Assembly (NCBI GenBank): GCA_025449535.1
Contig: JANWJF010000001.1
Location: 138,847 to 202,846, forward strand
Source of the DNA: Candidatus Saccharimonadia bacterium
GTDB lineage: Bacteria; Patescibacteriota; SICC01
Direction of reading: 5' to 3'
DNA length: 64,000 nt
The notes under the pieces are model-generated. The model had not been told where the DNA came from. It worked only from the letters and a program-made list of their open reading frames with translations, and did no database searches. This document shows, one piece after another, positions 38,887-48,539 of this stretch. The translations under genes were made by a program, and so were the position numbers. How positions within the stretch are numbered: the stretch's first letter is position 1; the number at the start of each line of letters is the position of its first letter.

Positions 38887-39576
38887 TTACTCAATCGTGA
38901 ACGTCTTCTCAGTTCGATAATATTCCGGCCAGTGCTCGTTGTAATGCTTAAACATCCGGCCGACGCGTTCCTGCGAGAGCTCCTCGAACCCGAGGGACAC
39001 CAGTTCCGCGAGGATGTCCCTCCGGGCCGTTTCCGCCTCCTTGGAACTCGGCACGACCTTCTCGATCTCGGCGACGTATCCGTATCCCGCGTTCCGGTCG
39101 ACGCATACGGTGTAGTCCTTGTAGGCGTACTCGACACGTTCGCGCGACCATTTGGACAGGAAATCGTAGCCGGCGGAACGGATCGCTTCGTCCAGCGTAT
39201 CGATGTCCGGCGCGGTGGCCCCATACTCCCCTTCCAGCCGCTCGAGGGCATGCTGGTCGTCGCCGTCACCTTTCGCCGCTTTGATTACCAGCAGGATTCG
39301 TCCGTCGGCGTCACGGGTCCGGAGCGCGTACGATTTCGCTTGGTCGAGTACCTGCTTGAATGCGGCCAAGTCGCCGTCGCTCAGGAACCCGCTCACGGCC
39401 CTGGCGACCTTGTCCTTGTCGCCGTTCGAATCGAAGTAATGGTTGAGCTGGTTCGACCGGGCCGCTTCCTTGAGGCCAGCGTCCGCTTGCTTTAGCTTGG
39501 CGACGAAATCATCCGCCGCACCCTTACTACCGAGCAGCGTCTTCACTTCGACTTCGTATTGGTTTGCGGTGGACAT
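38887..39576 (-). CDS. CYTH-like (triphosphate tunnel metalloenzyme) domain protein
   Basis: N-terminal YEVEVK (ExExK-like) and C-terminal GYGYVAEIEKVV; assignment tentative. Confidence 0.5.
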   Translation of the reverse strand: MSTANQYEVEVKTLLGSKGAADDFVAKLKQADAGLKEAARSNQLNHYFDSNGDKDKVARAVSGFLSDGDLAAFKQVLDQAKSYALRTRDADGRILLVIKAAKGDGDDQHALERLEGEYGATAPDIDTLDEAIRSAGYDFLSKWSRERVEYAYKDYTVCVDRNAGYGYVAEIEKVVPSSKEAETARRDILAELVSLGFEELSQERVGRMFKHYNEHWPEYYRTEKTFTIE

Positions 39577-40274
39577 CAGCGGACGGTGATTTTCTTAGGA
39601 GGCTTGGCCGGACTGAGCCTCTTCAGCTTTTCCTTTACGGCTTTCTTTTGCTTAGCGGACTTTGCCGTTTCCTCGAAGATCTTGCTGGCACCGGGCGCGG
39701 TGGTGCCGGCGTACTTGTTGGTCTTCTTCTTGAAATACGGGATCTCGGCCGGCGTGGTGAGCTGCTCGAAGCTGAGCTGGCAGAATCGCATCGTCGGGTA
39801 CAGCAGTACCGGAATCATCCCGATGTTCGTGATCTCCAAGGTGATGTTGCCCTTGTAGCCCGCGTCGATGTGCCCGGCCGTGGAGTGAATCACGATGCCG
39901 AGCCGGCCCAGCGAGGACTTTCCCTCGATCCGGGCACAGATGTCGTCCGGCAACTCGACGTACTCGTGCGTCAGGCCCAGGGCGAACTCGCCGGGGTGCA
40001 GGACGAAGGCCCTCGGCCCCTTCGGCAGGTGCGGCAGGAGCGGCTGTTCCTCGGCGGCCGCGGCGATGTCGGTCGGCTCGGTGATGCCGTCGAACGTGTT
40101 CGGATCGCGCGGGTCGATGTACGGCGTCGAGGCCTGCTTGAAGACACGGAACTTGGAGGACAGCCGCAGGTCGATGCTGCAGGAACCGAGGGCCTCGGCG
40201 TAGTCCGCCGCGGGTTCGATCTTTATCCGTCCGGCCGCGATCTGCTTCTTGATGTCTCGGTCGGAGAGAATCAT
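39576..40274 (-). CDS. dcd: dCTP deaminase with Lys-rich C-terminal tail
   Basis: MILSDRDIKKQIAAGRIKIEP N-terminus and dUTPase-like fold; roughly 45 extra Lys-rich residues at the C-terminus. Confidence 0.85.
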   Translation of the reverse strand: MILSDRDIKKQIAAGRIKIEPAADYAEALGSCSIDLRLSSKFRVFKQASTPYIDPRDPNTFDGITEPTDIAAAAEEQPLLPHLPKGPRAFVLHPGEFALGLTHEYVELPDDICARIEGKSSLGRLGIVIHSTAGHIDAGYKGNITLEITNIGMIPVLLYPTMRFCQLSFEQLTTPAEIPYFKKKTNKYAGTTAPGASKIFEETAKSAKQKKAVKEKLKRLSPAKPPKKITVR

Positions 40275-41125
40275 TTCGCCGCCGCGGTTATCGTGTCAGG
40301 ATTCACCCGGACGCCCGGCCCCATCGTCGAGGCCAGCGTGACGCTCCGGATATACGTCCCCTTGGCGTCGGACGGCTTGGCGGACCGGACGGCCTGGAAG
40401 TACGTCGCCACGTTCTTGGCGAGATCCTCCGGCTTGAACGAGGCCTTCCCGACCCCGGCGTGGATGGTCGCGTCCTTGGCGACCCGGAACTCGATGGTAC
40501 CGGCCTTCACCTTCTTGATCGCGTCCTCCACGTCCTCGGCGACGGTGCCGCTCTTCGGGTTCGGCATCAGGCCCTTCGGCCCCAGGATTTGGCCGAGCTT
40601 GCCGACCTCGGCCATCTGGTCCGGCGTGGCCACGGCCACGTCGAAACCGGCCCAGCCGTCCTTGAGCTTCTTAAGCGTCGCCTCGTCCGAGACGAAGTCC
40701 GCGCCGGCCTTCTTGGCGGCGGCGGCTTTGCCGGACGATACGAACGCCATCACCTTCACCGCCTTGCCGGTACCGGCCGGCAGCTGCACGGTCCCGCGGA
40801 CGCTCTGCTCCGCCTCACGGGCGTCGATGCCGAGCCGGATGTGCATCTCGACGGTCCCGTCGAACGCGGTCGTGCTGGTCTTCTGAACGAGCGCCACCGC
40901 CTCGTCGAGACCGTACTGCTTGCCGCTCTCGACCTGTTCCGCCGCGGCTCGGTAGCGCTTGCCGCGGAATTGTTCGCCGGGCTTATGCTGCGGCGCGCTC
41001 GCGGCCTTGCCGGAAGCCTTCACGGCCTTCTTGGGCGCGGGCTTGGCGACAGCTTTGGTCGCTGGCTGAGCTTTTTCCGAAGCCGCAAGCGGCTTCTTGT
41101 CTTCGGTTGTCTTGGCTTCTGTCAT
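40271..41125 (-). CDS. rplA: 50S ribosomal protein L1 with ~55-aa Lys/Ala/Pro-rich N-terminal extension
   Basis: L1 core from GKRYRAAAEQV...IDAREAEQSVRGTVQLPAGTG; no in-frame start codon near the canonical N-terminus. Confidence 0.9.
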   Translation of the reverse strand: MTEAKTTEDKKPLAASEKAQPATKAVAKPAPKKAVKASGKAASAPQHKPGEQFRGKRYRAAAEQVESGKQYGLDEAVALVQKTSTTAFDGTVEMHIRLGIDAREAEQSVRGTVQLPAGTGKAVKVMAFVSSGKAAAAKKAGADFVSDEATLKKLKDGWAGFDVAVATPDQMAEVGKLGQILGPKGLMPNPKSGTVAEDVEDAIKKVKAGTIEFRVAKDATIHAGVGKASFKPEDLAKNVATYFQAVRSAKPSDAKGTYIRSVTLASTMGPGVRVNPDTITAAAK

Positions 41126-41221
41126 GATCGGTTACGGTCCCAGCGCCCCTGGCGGAGCTCCCGCGGTTACTTCTAACAGTCTACCCGAATGCGCTCGTCG
41201 GGTTCTCCCCAGGTGGGGATG

Positions 41222-41647
41222 TTATTTCTCGACGGTAACGCCCATCGACCGGGCCGTCCCGGCGATGATCTTCTTGGCCGCCTCGAGGTCGTTCGCCGAG
41301 AGGTCTTCCATCTTCTCCTTGGCGATCTCCTCGAGCTGCGATTCCTTAATCTTGGCGACCTTGTTCTTGAGCGCGTTGTCGCTGCCCTTGCCGAGCCCGA
41401 TCGCCTTCTTGATCAGGATCGCGGCCGGCGGCGTCTTGGTGATGAACGTGAACGTCCGGTCCTCGAAGATCGTCATCTCCACCGGGACGATCGTGTCGCC
41501 CATCTGCTTGGTCTGGTCGTTGAACGCCTTGCAGAAGTCCATGATCTGGATGCCGTGCGGCCCCAGGGCGGTACCCACCGGCGGGGCAGGATTCGCCTTC
41601 CCGGCCGGGATCTGCAGTTTCACAACGGTCAGTACTTTCTTAGCCAT
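41222..41647 (-). CDS. rplK: 50S ribosomal protein L11
   Basis: [32 protein letters not shown]. Confidence 0.95.
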   Translation of the reverse strand: MAKKVLTVVKLQIPAGKANPAPPVGTALGPHGIQIMDFCKAFNDQTKQMGDTIVPVEMTIFEDRTFTFITKTPPAAILIKKAIGLGKGSDNALKNKVAKIKESQLEEIAKEKMEDLSANDLEAAKKIIAGTARSMGVTVEK

Positions 41648-41930
41648 GGTTCCTCATTCCCTTATGCATACGGACCTCCCGGAGCGTAGTCGATGCCCGC
41701 GACCGTACTCAAGCCGTCGGGTTCATCGTAGTCATCTGACGATCCTTCGACCTCGTCGACCTCGGTCCCGACGGCTTCCGCGCCTTCCACCGGATCGGCA
41801 CCCGGTTCCACGGACTTCAACGGCGGTTGGCCGCCTTCGACCCGACGGCTGAGCGGTCCAAGTGTGCTACTAAGCAAGCCGTTCTCGACTTGATGGGCCA
41901 ACCCCTTGCTCAACCCTTCCCCGCCGTCGC

Positions 41931-42476
41931 TCATATCTTCCTCACTTGCAGGAAGTCGAGCTCGACCGGTGTCTCCCGGCCGAACATGTTCACCAGCACC
42001 TTGATCTTGCCCTTGGACTTGTCGACGTCGTCCACCTGGCCGTCGAAGTCCTTGAACGGCCCGTCGACGATGTTGACCGTCTCGCCCTTCTCCAGGTCGA
42101 CTTCGTAGGTCGGCTCCTCGACGCCCATGCGCTGCTTGATCGTCTTCACCTCTTCCTCGCTCATCGGGGTCGGCGTGGTGCCGCTGCCGATGAACCCGGT
42201 CACGTTGGGCGTGTTCCGCACCACGAACCAGGAATCGTCGGTGACGATCATGTTCACGAGGACGTAGCCCGGGAAGATCTTCTTGTCGACCGTCTTGCGC
42301 TTGCCGTGCTTGATCTCGATCTGCTTCTCGGTCGGCACGATCACGTCGAAGATCTTATCGGCCATGTCCATGGACTCAATCCGCTGGCGGAGGTTCTCCG
42401 CCACCCGGTCCTCGTACCCGGAGTAGGTATGGATCGCGTACCATTGGCGTTCGGTGGATGCGGTTTGTCGTGGCAT
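41931..42476 (-). CDS. nusG: transcription termination/antitermination factor NusG
   Basis: NGN domain (WYAIHTYSGYEDRV) and KOW (VNIVDGPFKDFDGQV). Confidence 0.95.
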   Translation of the reverse strand: MPRQTASTERQWYAIHTYSGYEDRVAENLRQRIESMDMADKIFDVIVPTEKQIEIKHGKRKTVDKKIFPGYVLVNMIVTDDSWFVVRNTPNVTGFIGSGTTPTPMSEEEVKTIKQRMGVEEPTYEVDLEKGETVNIVDGPFKDFDGQVDDVDKSKGKIKVLVNMFGRETPVELDFLQVRKI

Positions 42477-42492
42477 ATCGTTGGTTGATGGT

Positions 42493-42771
42493 TTACTTGG
42501 TCGGTTGCGGGACCTGCACCGGCGCGGCCTGTTCGCCGCCGGTCGGGGCCTGGATCGGCTGGGCGTCCTTGACGCCGCCGCCGTCGGTGGCGTCCAGCAC
42601 GGCCTGGAGTCCTTCGTTGAGGCCGTAGTCGACGACGCCCATGAACGCCCCGAACAGGATCGTCACGATCACGACGATCGTGGTGAGCCGGAGCGTCCGG
42701 CTACGCGAAGGCCAGGTGACCTTGCTGAGCTCGGCCCGGACTTCTTTAAGAAACGAAAAAATCTTTCGCAC
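42493..42771 (-). CDS. secE: preprotein translocase subunit SecE
   Basis: FLKEVRAELSKVTWPSR + single TM; GTG start chosen because the longer track ORF runs across murB in another frame. Confidence 0.75.
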   Translation of the reverse strand: MRKIFSFLKEVRAELSKVTWPSRSRTLRLTTIVVIVTILFGAFMGVVDYGLNEGLQAVLDATDGGGVKDAQPIQAPTGGEQAAPVQVPQPTK

Positions 42772-42809
42772 GGGGTAATCATACCCCGCGAAACGCCGCC
42801 GCGCCAAGC

Positions 42810-43703
42810 CTAGAATTCCCCGACGAAGCTGATCTCCGGCTGGAGCTCGTACCCCGTCTTCTCCTTCACCGTCCGCTGGATATGCTCGATCAGCTTCCGG
42901 ACATCCTCGGCGGTGGCATTCTCGACGTTCAGGATGTAGTTGGCGTGATGGTCCGAGACCTCCGCCCCGCCGACGCGATATCCCTTCAGGCCGCACTGGT
43001 CGATCAGGCGACCGGCGCCCACGTCCTTGACCTTCTGGAAGATACTGCCGGCGCTCATCTGGACCGCGTTCGGCGGGTGTACGCGTTTGCGCCAAGCCAG
43101 GTTGCCTTCGGAGATCTCCTCGATATCCTCCGGCGTCGACTCCTCGAGTGCGAACGTCACGTCCAGCACGACGTCGTCGTTCCGGTGCAGGACGCTGGTG
43201 TCGTACCCGAACTTGAAGTAGTCCTTCGTGACCTGCTTGGGTTCGCCGTCGACCAGGATCGTCGCCCCGTCCACGACCTCCTCGATGAACCGTGTCTTCT
43301 CGTGCGGATACGATAGGAAGTGCAGGTTCTGCCACATCGCCCCGCCGACGGTGCTCGGGATTCCCTTGTAGTGCTCAAGCCCGGACAGGCCGCGCTCGGT
43401 AGCGGCGTCGATCAGCTCGGCGATCGTGGCGCCGGACTCGGCCTTCAGGAGCCGGTCCTTGAACTCGAACCGCTTCGCCTCGTTCTTGATCACTAACCCG
43501 CGGAACCCCCCGTCGCCGAACAGGACGTTGGCACCGCTACCGAGCACGAACCAGTCGTACTCCTCGTCGTCGGCCCAGGCCACCGCCCGGGCCAGCTCGT
43601 CCGCCGACTGCGGCGCCGTGAAGTAATCAGCCGCCCCGCCGATCCCGAAAGTCGTGAAGCGAGCCAGGTGTACGTCGCGTTGGATCTTAGGTGTTTCTTC
43701 CAT
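42810..43703 (-). CDS. murB: UDP-N-acetylenolpyruvoylglucosamine reductase
   Basis: FAD-binding PCMH fold (FTTFGIGGAADYF, VLGSGANVLF). Confidence 0.9.
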   Translation of the reverse strand: MEETPKIQRDVHLARFTTFGIGGAADYFTAPQSADELARAVAWADDEEYDWFVLGSGANVLFGDGGFRGLVIKNEAKRFEFKDRLLKAESGATIAELIDAATERGLSGLEHYKGIPSTVGGAMWQNLHFLSYPHEKTRFIEEVVDGATILVDGEPKQVTKDYFKFGYDTSVLHRNDDVVLDVTFALEESTPEDIEEISEGNLAWRKRVHPPNAVQMSAGSIFQKVKDVGAGRLIDQCGLKGYRVGGAEVSDHHANYILNVENATAEDVRKLIEHIQRTVKEKTGYELQPEISFVGEF

Positions 43704-43741
43704 GGTCGTTCCGCCCGAGGACGTATCTCGATGGTACCGGA

Positions 43742-44434
43742 CTATACCTTCTCCAGCAGGAACGCGAACAGGAAACCGGTAGCCGTCGCGAAGGCGACCC
43801 AGGGGCCGCCCTCCTTGTACGCCATGGGTAGCAACGTATTCACCACCATGCCGATGACGGCCCCGGCGGCGAACGACTGCACCGGCGCCAGAATCCGGGC
43901 CGGGACCTCCCCGAGTGCCGCGCCGAGCAGGACGAACCCGGCCAAGGTCGCCGCGATCAGCGACCAGGCCGTTAGGCTGAACCAGGCCGGCTTGCCCGCG
44001 GATCGCAGGCGTCCCGCGCTGGCAAAGGACTCCGGGAAGTTCGAGACCATCACCGCGGCCAGCAGAGCCGGCGAACCGCCGATCGTCGCCAGCGCGCTAC
44101 CGAGCACTAGGCTTTCCGGGACGCCATCGATAAAGTCGCCGATCATCGGCGCGATACCGCCGGCCTCGCTGCGCCGGACCCGCTTCAGGACCAGCTGGCT
44201 GAGCAGGATGTAGACGACCACGCCGGCCAGCAGTCCCCCGCCGGCACTGCCCGCGCCTCCCGCTTCGAACGAGACGACGAACAGATCGTACGACAACGCG
44301 GAGATGAACGATCCCGCGCCGAACGCGAACAGGATCGCGAGCGTGTGCCTGGAGAGATTGATTCGCGAACCGGCGACGGCGCCGATGATCAATGGCAGGA
44401 CGCTGAGTATCGCGTAAAGCAGTACGTCTGACAT
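43742..44434 (-). CDS. ZIP-family metal cation transporter (ZupT-like)
   Basis: multi-TM protein with Gly-rich helices and the central DFIDG-containing loop seen in ZIP transporters. Confidence 0.7.
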   Translation of the reverse strand: MSDVLLYAILSVLPLIIGAVAGSRINLSRHTLAILFAFGAGSFISALSYDLFVVSFEAGGAGSAGGGLLAGVVVYILLSQLVLKRVRRSEAGGIAPMIGDFIDGVPESLVLGSALATIGGSPALLAAVMVSNFPESFASAGRLRSAGKPAWFSLTAWSLIAATLAGFVLLGAALGEVPARILAPVQSFAAGAVIGMVVNTLLPMAYKEGGPWVAFATATGFLFAFLLEKV

Positions 44435-44481
44435 ACGCCCATGGTAGCCCGCTCAAAAATGATTCGCACAGCGGAACGGGA

Positions 44482-45528
44482 TTATGCCGCCTGCAGCAAG
44501 GCTTCCTTGGCACCTTGAAGCTGCGCGCGCCTGCCATCCGGCATCGACGGCGCATGACGCTCCAGCGTCTCGTGGACCGCGGTCAACCGGTCGCGTTCTT
44601 CCTCGGACAGCCGGGCGAGCTCGACGCGGTCGATTGCGTCGAGCGCCTCCTCTTGCTCCGTATAGGCTTCCGAGCGGAACATCCGTTCCGCCCGTATCAC
44701 GCAGCCTTCGGCCAGCGCCAGATATGCCTGTGTCTCGAGCGTCGCCAGCTGCTCCTCTTCCTCGACGGTCAACGGCGTGTCGAAGCCGCTCGCCGACCAT
44801 CGCCGTACGAACGCGACCGCCTCGAGGGCCCGCCCGGCGAAACGCTTGGGAGTATCCTTGCCGCGATTCCAGTCGAGATTCCTCACGTCGGGGCCCCGTA
44901 GCCGTTCTACTTCCTCAAGATGGAATCGGGCGGCTTCGGCGGTCTCGAGTTCTATCCGCGCCTGGAATACCGCGATCGGCACCATCTCCCGGTAGAGTTC
45001 GGCGCGGCGCTCCCCTGGCAGTCCCGTGTAGTCGTCCAAATGCTTACCGCCTTCCGGACGCTCCGCCGTCGCGTAGTTCGCGAACGCACCCGCATAGTCG
45101 CCGGCTGCATAGCCAAGCTGACGGACCCGGGCTTCCAGATGACCGAGATACCGGTCGTTTTGATACCTGGTAAAGGTGCGTGCAAGCCGCTCCTGCAATT
45201 CTTTGGGATACCGTTTCCTCACGTCCGCCGGTATCTCCGGCAGATCCATGGCCCGGTCGTTCGGAGCCAGTTCCCCGTACACGGAGGCAAGCTCCCGGTG
45301 CAACGCGCCGGACAACGCCCTAAGGCCGGCCCAGTCCCGGGCCTCGTCATATCCCGGCCTGCCTTCACGATCCTTCAGGTTATGGAGCAACCCTGCGAAC
45401 GTCTTGATCGCGCCTTCGTAATCACCGGTAGCTGAAAGCTCCCGACCCGATTCAAGGGCCGATCCGACATCATGCCAATTGGCTTCCGAATCCCAGTCCC
45501 CCTTCGGACTGTCTACTGATTTCGCCAT
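44482..45528 (-). CDS. hypothetical protein
   Basis: ORF track; ordinary soluble-protein composition; no recognised motif. Confidence 0.45.
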   Translation of the reverse strand: MAKSVDSPKGDWDSEANWHDVGSALESGRELSATGDYEGAIKTFAGLLHNLKDREGRPGYDEARDWAGLRALSGALHRELASVYGELAPNDRAMDLPEIPADVRKRYPKELQERLARTFTRYQNDRYLGHLEARVRQLGYAAGDYAGAFANYATAERPEGGKHLDDYTGLPGERRAELYREMVPIAVFQARIELETAEAARFHLEEVERLRGPDVRNLDWNRGKDTPKRFAGRALEAVAFVRRWSASGFDTPLTVEEEEQLATLETQAYLALAEGCVIRAERMFRSEAYTEQEEALDAIDRVELARLSEEERDRLTAVHETLERHAPSMPDGRRAQLQGAKEALLQAA

Positions 45529-45648
45529 ACGGACCTCTTGCTCAAACTATACCAGCGTTGCCGTCCCTTCGGACCCCTTTGTATGTTCGTACGAAGCTAC
45601 GGCATCAGTCGGGCGTATGATGAAGAACGATTAAGCCGAAGGAGGCAC

Positions 45649-46038
45649 ATGTTCAAAGACTCACACGCGTTCAGCAGTTTCTCGACCGATGACATCAAGC
45701 AGGCCGAGGAATTCTACGGTAAGACGCTTGGCCTGGATGCCAGCATGAATAAGGAGATGGGCATCCTGCAGGTGAAGCTCGCCGGCGGCGGCCAGGTGAT
45801 GATCTACCCCAAGGACGACCACGCGCCAGCCACGTTCACCGTGCTCAACTTCCCCGTCGACGACATCGAGCAGGCAGTCGACGCGCTCAGCGGGAAAGGC
45901 GTCACGTTCGAGCAGTACGGCAAGGAGTACATCAAGACGGACGAGAAAGGCATTGCCGGCGAACCGGGCAAAGGGCCGCGGATGGCCTGGTTCAAGGACC
46001 CGGCGGGCAACATCCTGTCCGTGCTGAGCGAGAAGTAA
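45649..46038 (+). CDS. VOC-family (glyoxalase/bleomycin-resistance fold) protein
   Basis: start trimmed to ATG preceded by AAGGAGG; betaalphabetabetabeta pattern ([10 protein letters not shown]...[13 protein letters not shown]). Confidence 0.75.
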   Translation: MFKDSHAFSSFSTDDIKQAEEFYGKTLGLDASMNKEMGILQVKLAGGGQVMIYPKDDHAPATFTVLNFPVDDIEQAVDALSGKGVTFEQYGKEYIKTDEKGIAGEPGKGPRMAWFKDPAGNILSVLSEK

Positions 46039-47274
46039 CTAGCCTACCTGTACGGTCTCGCCCTCGCGGAGTTCCCCTTGGGCGACAGGCCGTTCGTCGC
46101 CACGGCCTTCCAGCAACTCGCGCCCTTCCTCGACGATCTCGGAGATGTGGCCTTCGTGGATGCTGGTGCCTTCCAGCTCCGCCAGATGGGCGATGGAGTT
46201 GAACAGGCGTAAGTGACGGTCCCGCAGGTTCCGGTCCACCGTCTTGACGTCCGCTTCGAGCCGGGCACGGGCCCGTTCGAGTTCTGACGGCTCCGCGACC
46301 AGGCTCATGAAGTCGTCGAGTGGCTGTTGCTCTGCTTCGTCACCGCCGATCGTTTCTTTGTATCCCTTCACGCGCGCCCGGATTTCGTTTGTCGCCATCA
46401 TGGTCTTCTCATGCCTCAAGTAGCAGGTCGTCAGCCGGATGAGCTCGGTCCGATGGAGATCCACGGCGTCTTCCGGCTTGCCGGCCTTCAGCCCAGCCCA
46501 TTCCTTGACGGTCGCCGACGCCCGTCCGATCTCCACGGCGACACTGAATGGCAGGATGCGCTCCTCGCTCAGCTGACGGATCTCACGGGGTAGCTCGACG
46601 TAGTGGAGAGCGTCACTAAGCGTCTTCATACTGACCCGGTGTCCTTTGGCGAATTCCTTTTTGGTCACCCGGTCGGCGCCCTCGGCTTCCCGTCGTTTCT
46701 GAAGTAGCCAGGATTCGGCGATCGCCTTGGCGACGTTCTGGGGCGGCGAGGCCGAGTGGATGTTCTCCCGGACCTGGCAGGCGACGATCTCATCCACCGT
46801 CCGGAGATCCTTGACCCGGACATAGGTGGGATACTGCTCCGGCTCGACGCCCAGGTGTGCTGCATGGACCTCGCAACCCGTGAGCCGGGAATGGCCGGCG
46901 ACTAGCAACACGAACGTACCCTGCGCTTCGTCGTACGGCACACAGTCATCTATGTCGACTTCCCCGCCCCAGGTGTCGTTCGTGAATTCGATGTACTCCT
47001 CAAGTAGCCGCCGGTCCGCGATGGTGGTGAGAATGGGGCTGTCCACACCATGTTCGGCTATGGATGAATTCAACTCCTGTTGGATGGGGTTCGAACCATC
47101 CCGGTGCTGGGCGCAGACGTTGAGCCGGTCGATCGGCATGAGCTCCAAACGATACTCCGGCGGTTGATACGCGAATTCCGGCGTATCGACCCCGGGACGG
47201 ATCGTCACACCTACGCCAACGGCGTCAACGACACCCTCTGAACGATCGATGGAGGGTGCTTTTGATGGGCTCAT
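46039..47274 (-). CDS. ParB/Srx-like nuclease-domain protein
   Basis: ELNSSIAEHGVDSPIL and LLVAGHSRLTG match ParB N-terminal-domain positions; C-terminal 250 aa unassigned. Confidence 0.55.
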   Translation of the reverse strand: MSPSKAPSIDRSEGVVDAVGVGVTIRPGVDTPEFAYQPPEYRLELMPIDRLNVCAQHRDGSNPIQQELNSSIAEHGVDSPILTTIADRRLLEEYIEFTNDTWGGEVDIDDCVPYDEAQGTFVLLVAGHSRLTGCEVHAAHLGVEPEQYPTYVRVKDLRTVDEIVACQVRENIHSASPPQNVAKAIAESWLLQKRREAEGADRVTKKEFAKGHRVSMKTLSDALHYVELPREIRQLSEERILPFSVAVEIGRASATVKEWAGLKAGKPEDAVDLHRTELIRLTTCYLRHEKTMMATNEIRARVKGYKETIGGDEAEQQPLDDFMSLVAEPSELERARARLEADVKTVDRNLRDRHLRLFNSIAHLAELEGTSIHEGHISEIVEEGRELLEGRGDERPVAQGELREGETVQVG

Positions 47275-47495
47275 GTTTGCTCTTGGTGTTACGCGGCTGG
47301 TCTGTCCTTATGATACACCCGGCCGCAACCCGGACGGCAGTCCATCATCACCCTTTCGACCTGAACTTCCCAGGTCTCATCAGACGCTATGCGTAAGGGC
47401 GGGGCGGCACGGAATGAGATGGGTATCTCGTCTCCATGCCGGAATCCCCTGACATCTGTTTTCCAGGCCACCCGTAGGGTTAGATTATGAGGCCG

Positions 47496-48161
47496 TTAGC
47501 GACGTTTGCGCTTCCGCTTCTTCCGTTGCGATTTCGCCTTCGCGCGATCGCGGCGTTTCCGCTTGACCTCCTCCCGGCGTTCTTCCTCTTCTTCCTTGAT
47601 GCCAGTCGACATGGCCCAGTGCATGAGCGCTATCGGCACGATGGCGAAGCAGAATCCGACGACGTAGAAGACGTAGTCGAGCGGGTCGCCCCATGCCAAC
47701 TTGTCGCCCGGTTTGACTTCCGAGAGGTCGATGTTGGCGTTGAATAGGAGCAACTGGACGGTCTCCGCCGCGAACGCGAGCAGCAGCACCCCCACGCAGC
47801 ACTTCATCATCACGCTCATGGCGTGCTTGAGCGCCGCGTTCGTGTAACGCACGGTGCCATCTGCAAAGAAATGCCAGATGTACTGGAAACACAGCGTGGC
47901 TCCGAACGGCACGAATCCCAGGTCCCCGCCCCAAAAGCGGATGACCTCGGGTCCGAATTCTCCCATCTGGAGAACCTTGGCGTACGGGTACAGCAGTGCC
48001 AGTGTCGCGGTCGGGGCGATCAAGAACCTGAACAAGGGATTCCTCCACGTATTCAGGAACGCGAACGTCACGAAGACCGCGATTATCGATGCGGCTATCA
48101 ACGGTACGTTCACTACGCACCCCTCCTTGTGAAGGTAGCTTGGGTCAGGGACCGCCTGCAC
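47496..48161 (-). CDS. membrane protein with highly basic KR-rich C-terminal tail
   Basis: ORF track; several TM segments; tail EEEEERREEVKRKRRDRAKAKSQRKKRKRKRR. Confidence 0.5.
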   Translation of the reverse strand: MQAVPDPSYLHKEGCVVNVPLIAASIIAVFVTFAFLNTWRNPLFRFLIAPTATLALLYPYAKVLQMGEFGPEVIRFWGGDLGFVPFGATLCFQYIWHFFADGTVRYTNAALKHAMSVMMKCCVGVLLLAFAAETVQLLLFNANIDLSEVKPGDKLAWGDPLDYVFYVVGFCFAIVPIALMHWAMSTGIKEEEEERREEVKRKRRDRAKAKSQRKKRKRKRR

Positions 48162-48227
48162 GGGCTACTGCGAATGCAGAGCCATGAAAAATAACATGAT
48201 TAAGTTACTTTCTCAACAAGCGCGTCA

Positions 48228-48539
48228 CTATCGTTTGCATAGATACGAGTCGGCCGCCGCAGGCACCGCCGCCTCGAACCCTTCGGGTAGATCCAACTCA
48301 GACAAGGGCGGGTATCCGTCGTGTATCAGCGATTCGACCATCACCTCGCGGCCGCGGATCTCCAGGGCCTCTAGATAAGCCGGTCCGTCCCCGAACCGGT
48401 TGAAACGAAGTCGGACGTCCTCGCCGATCTCCATCCTGATCTTCAGACACTCACCTTCGTCTACGACGGTAATCGGGGGTAATCCTTCGGGACCCTCTAC
48501 TTCGACACGCTCACCGAGTTCTACGGCTTCTTCAGCCAT
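48228..48539 (-). CDS. hypothetical small protein
   Basis: ORF track; start overlaps methyltransferase stop. Confidence 0.35.
   Translation of the reverse strand: MAEEAVELGERVEVEGPEGLPPITVVDEGECLKIRMEIGEDVRLRFNRFGDGPAYLEALEIRGREVMVESLIHDGYPPLSELDLPEGFEAAVPAAADSYLCKR

Noticed and set aside
41662-41934. 90-aa acidic ORF between nusG and rplK
   Set aside because: No motif, low-complexity acidic sequence, and it occupies the region where the rplK-rplA leader is expected; left unannotated as ambiguous.
42772-43335. N-terminal 188 codons of the track ORF 42493..43335
   Set aside because: Overlaps murB in another frame and is Arg/Gly-rich; only the C-terminal 92 codons look like SecE.
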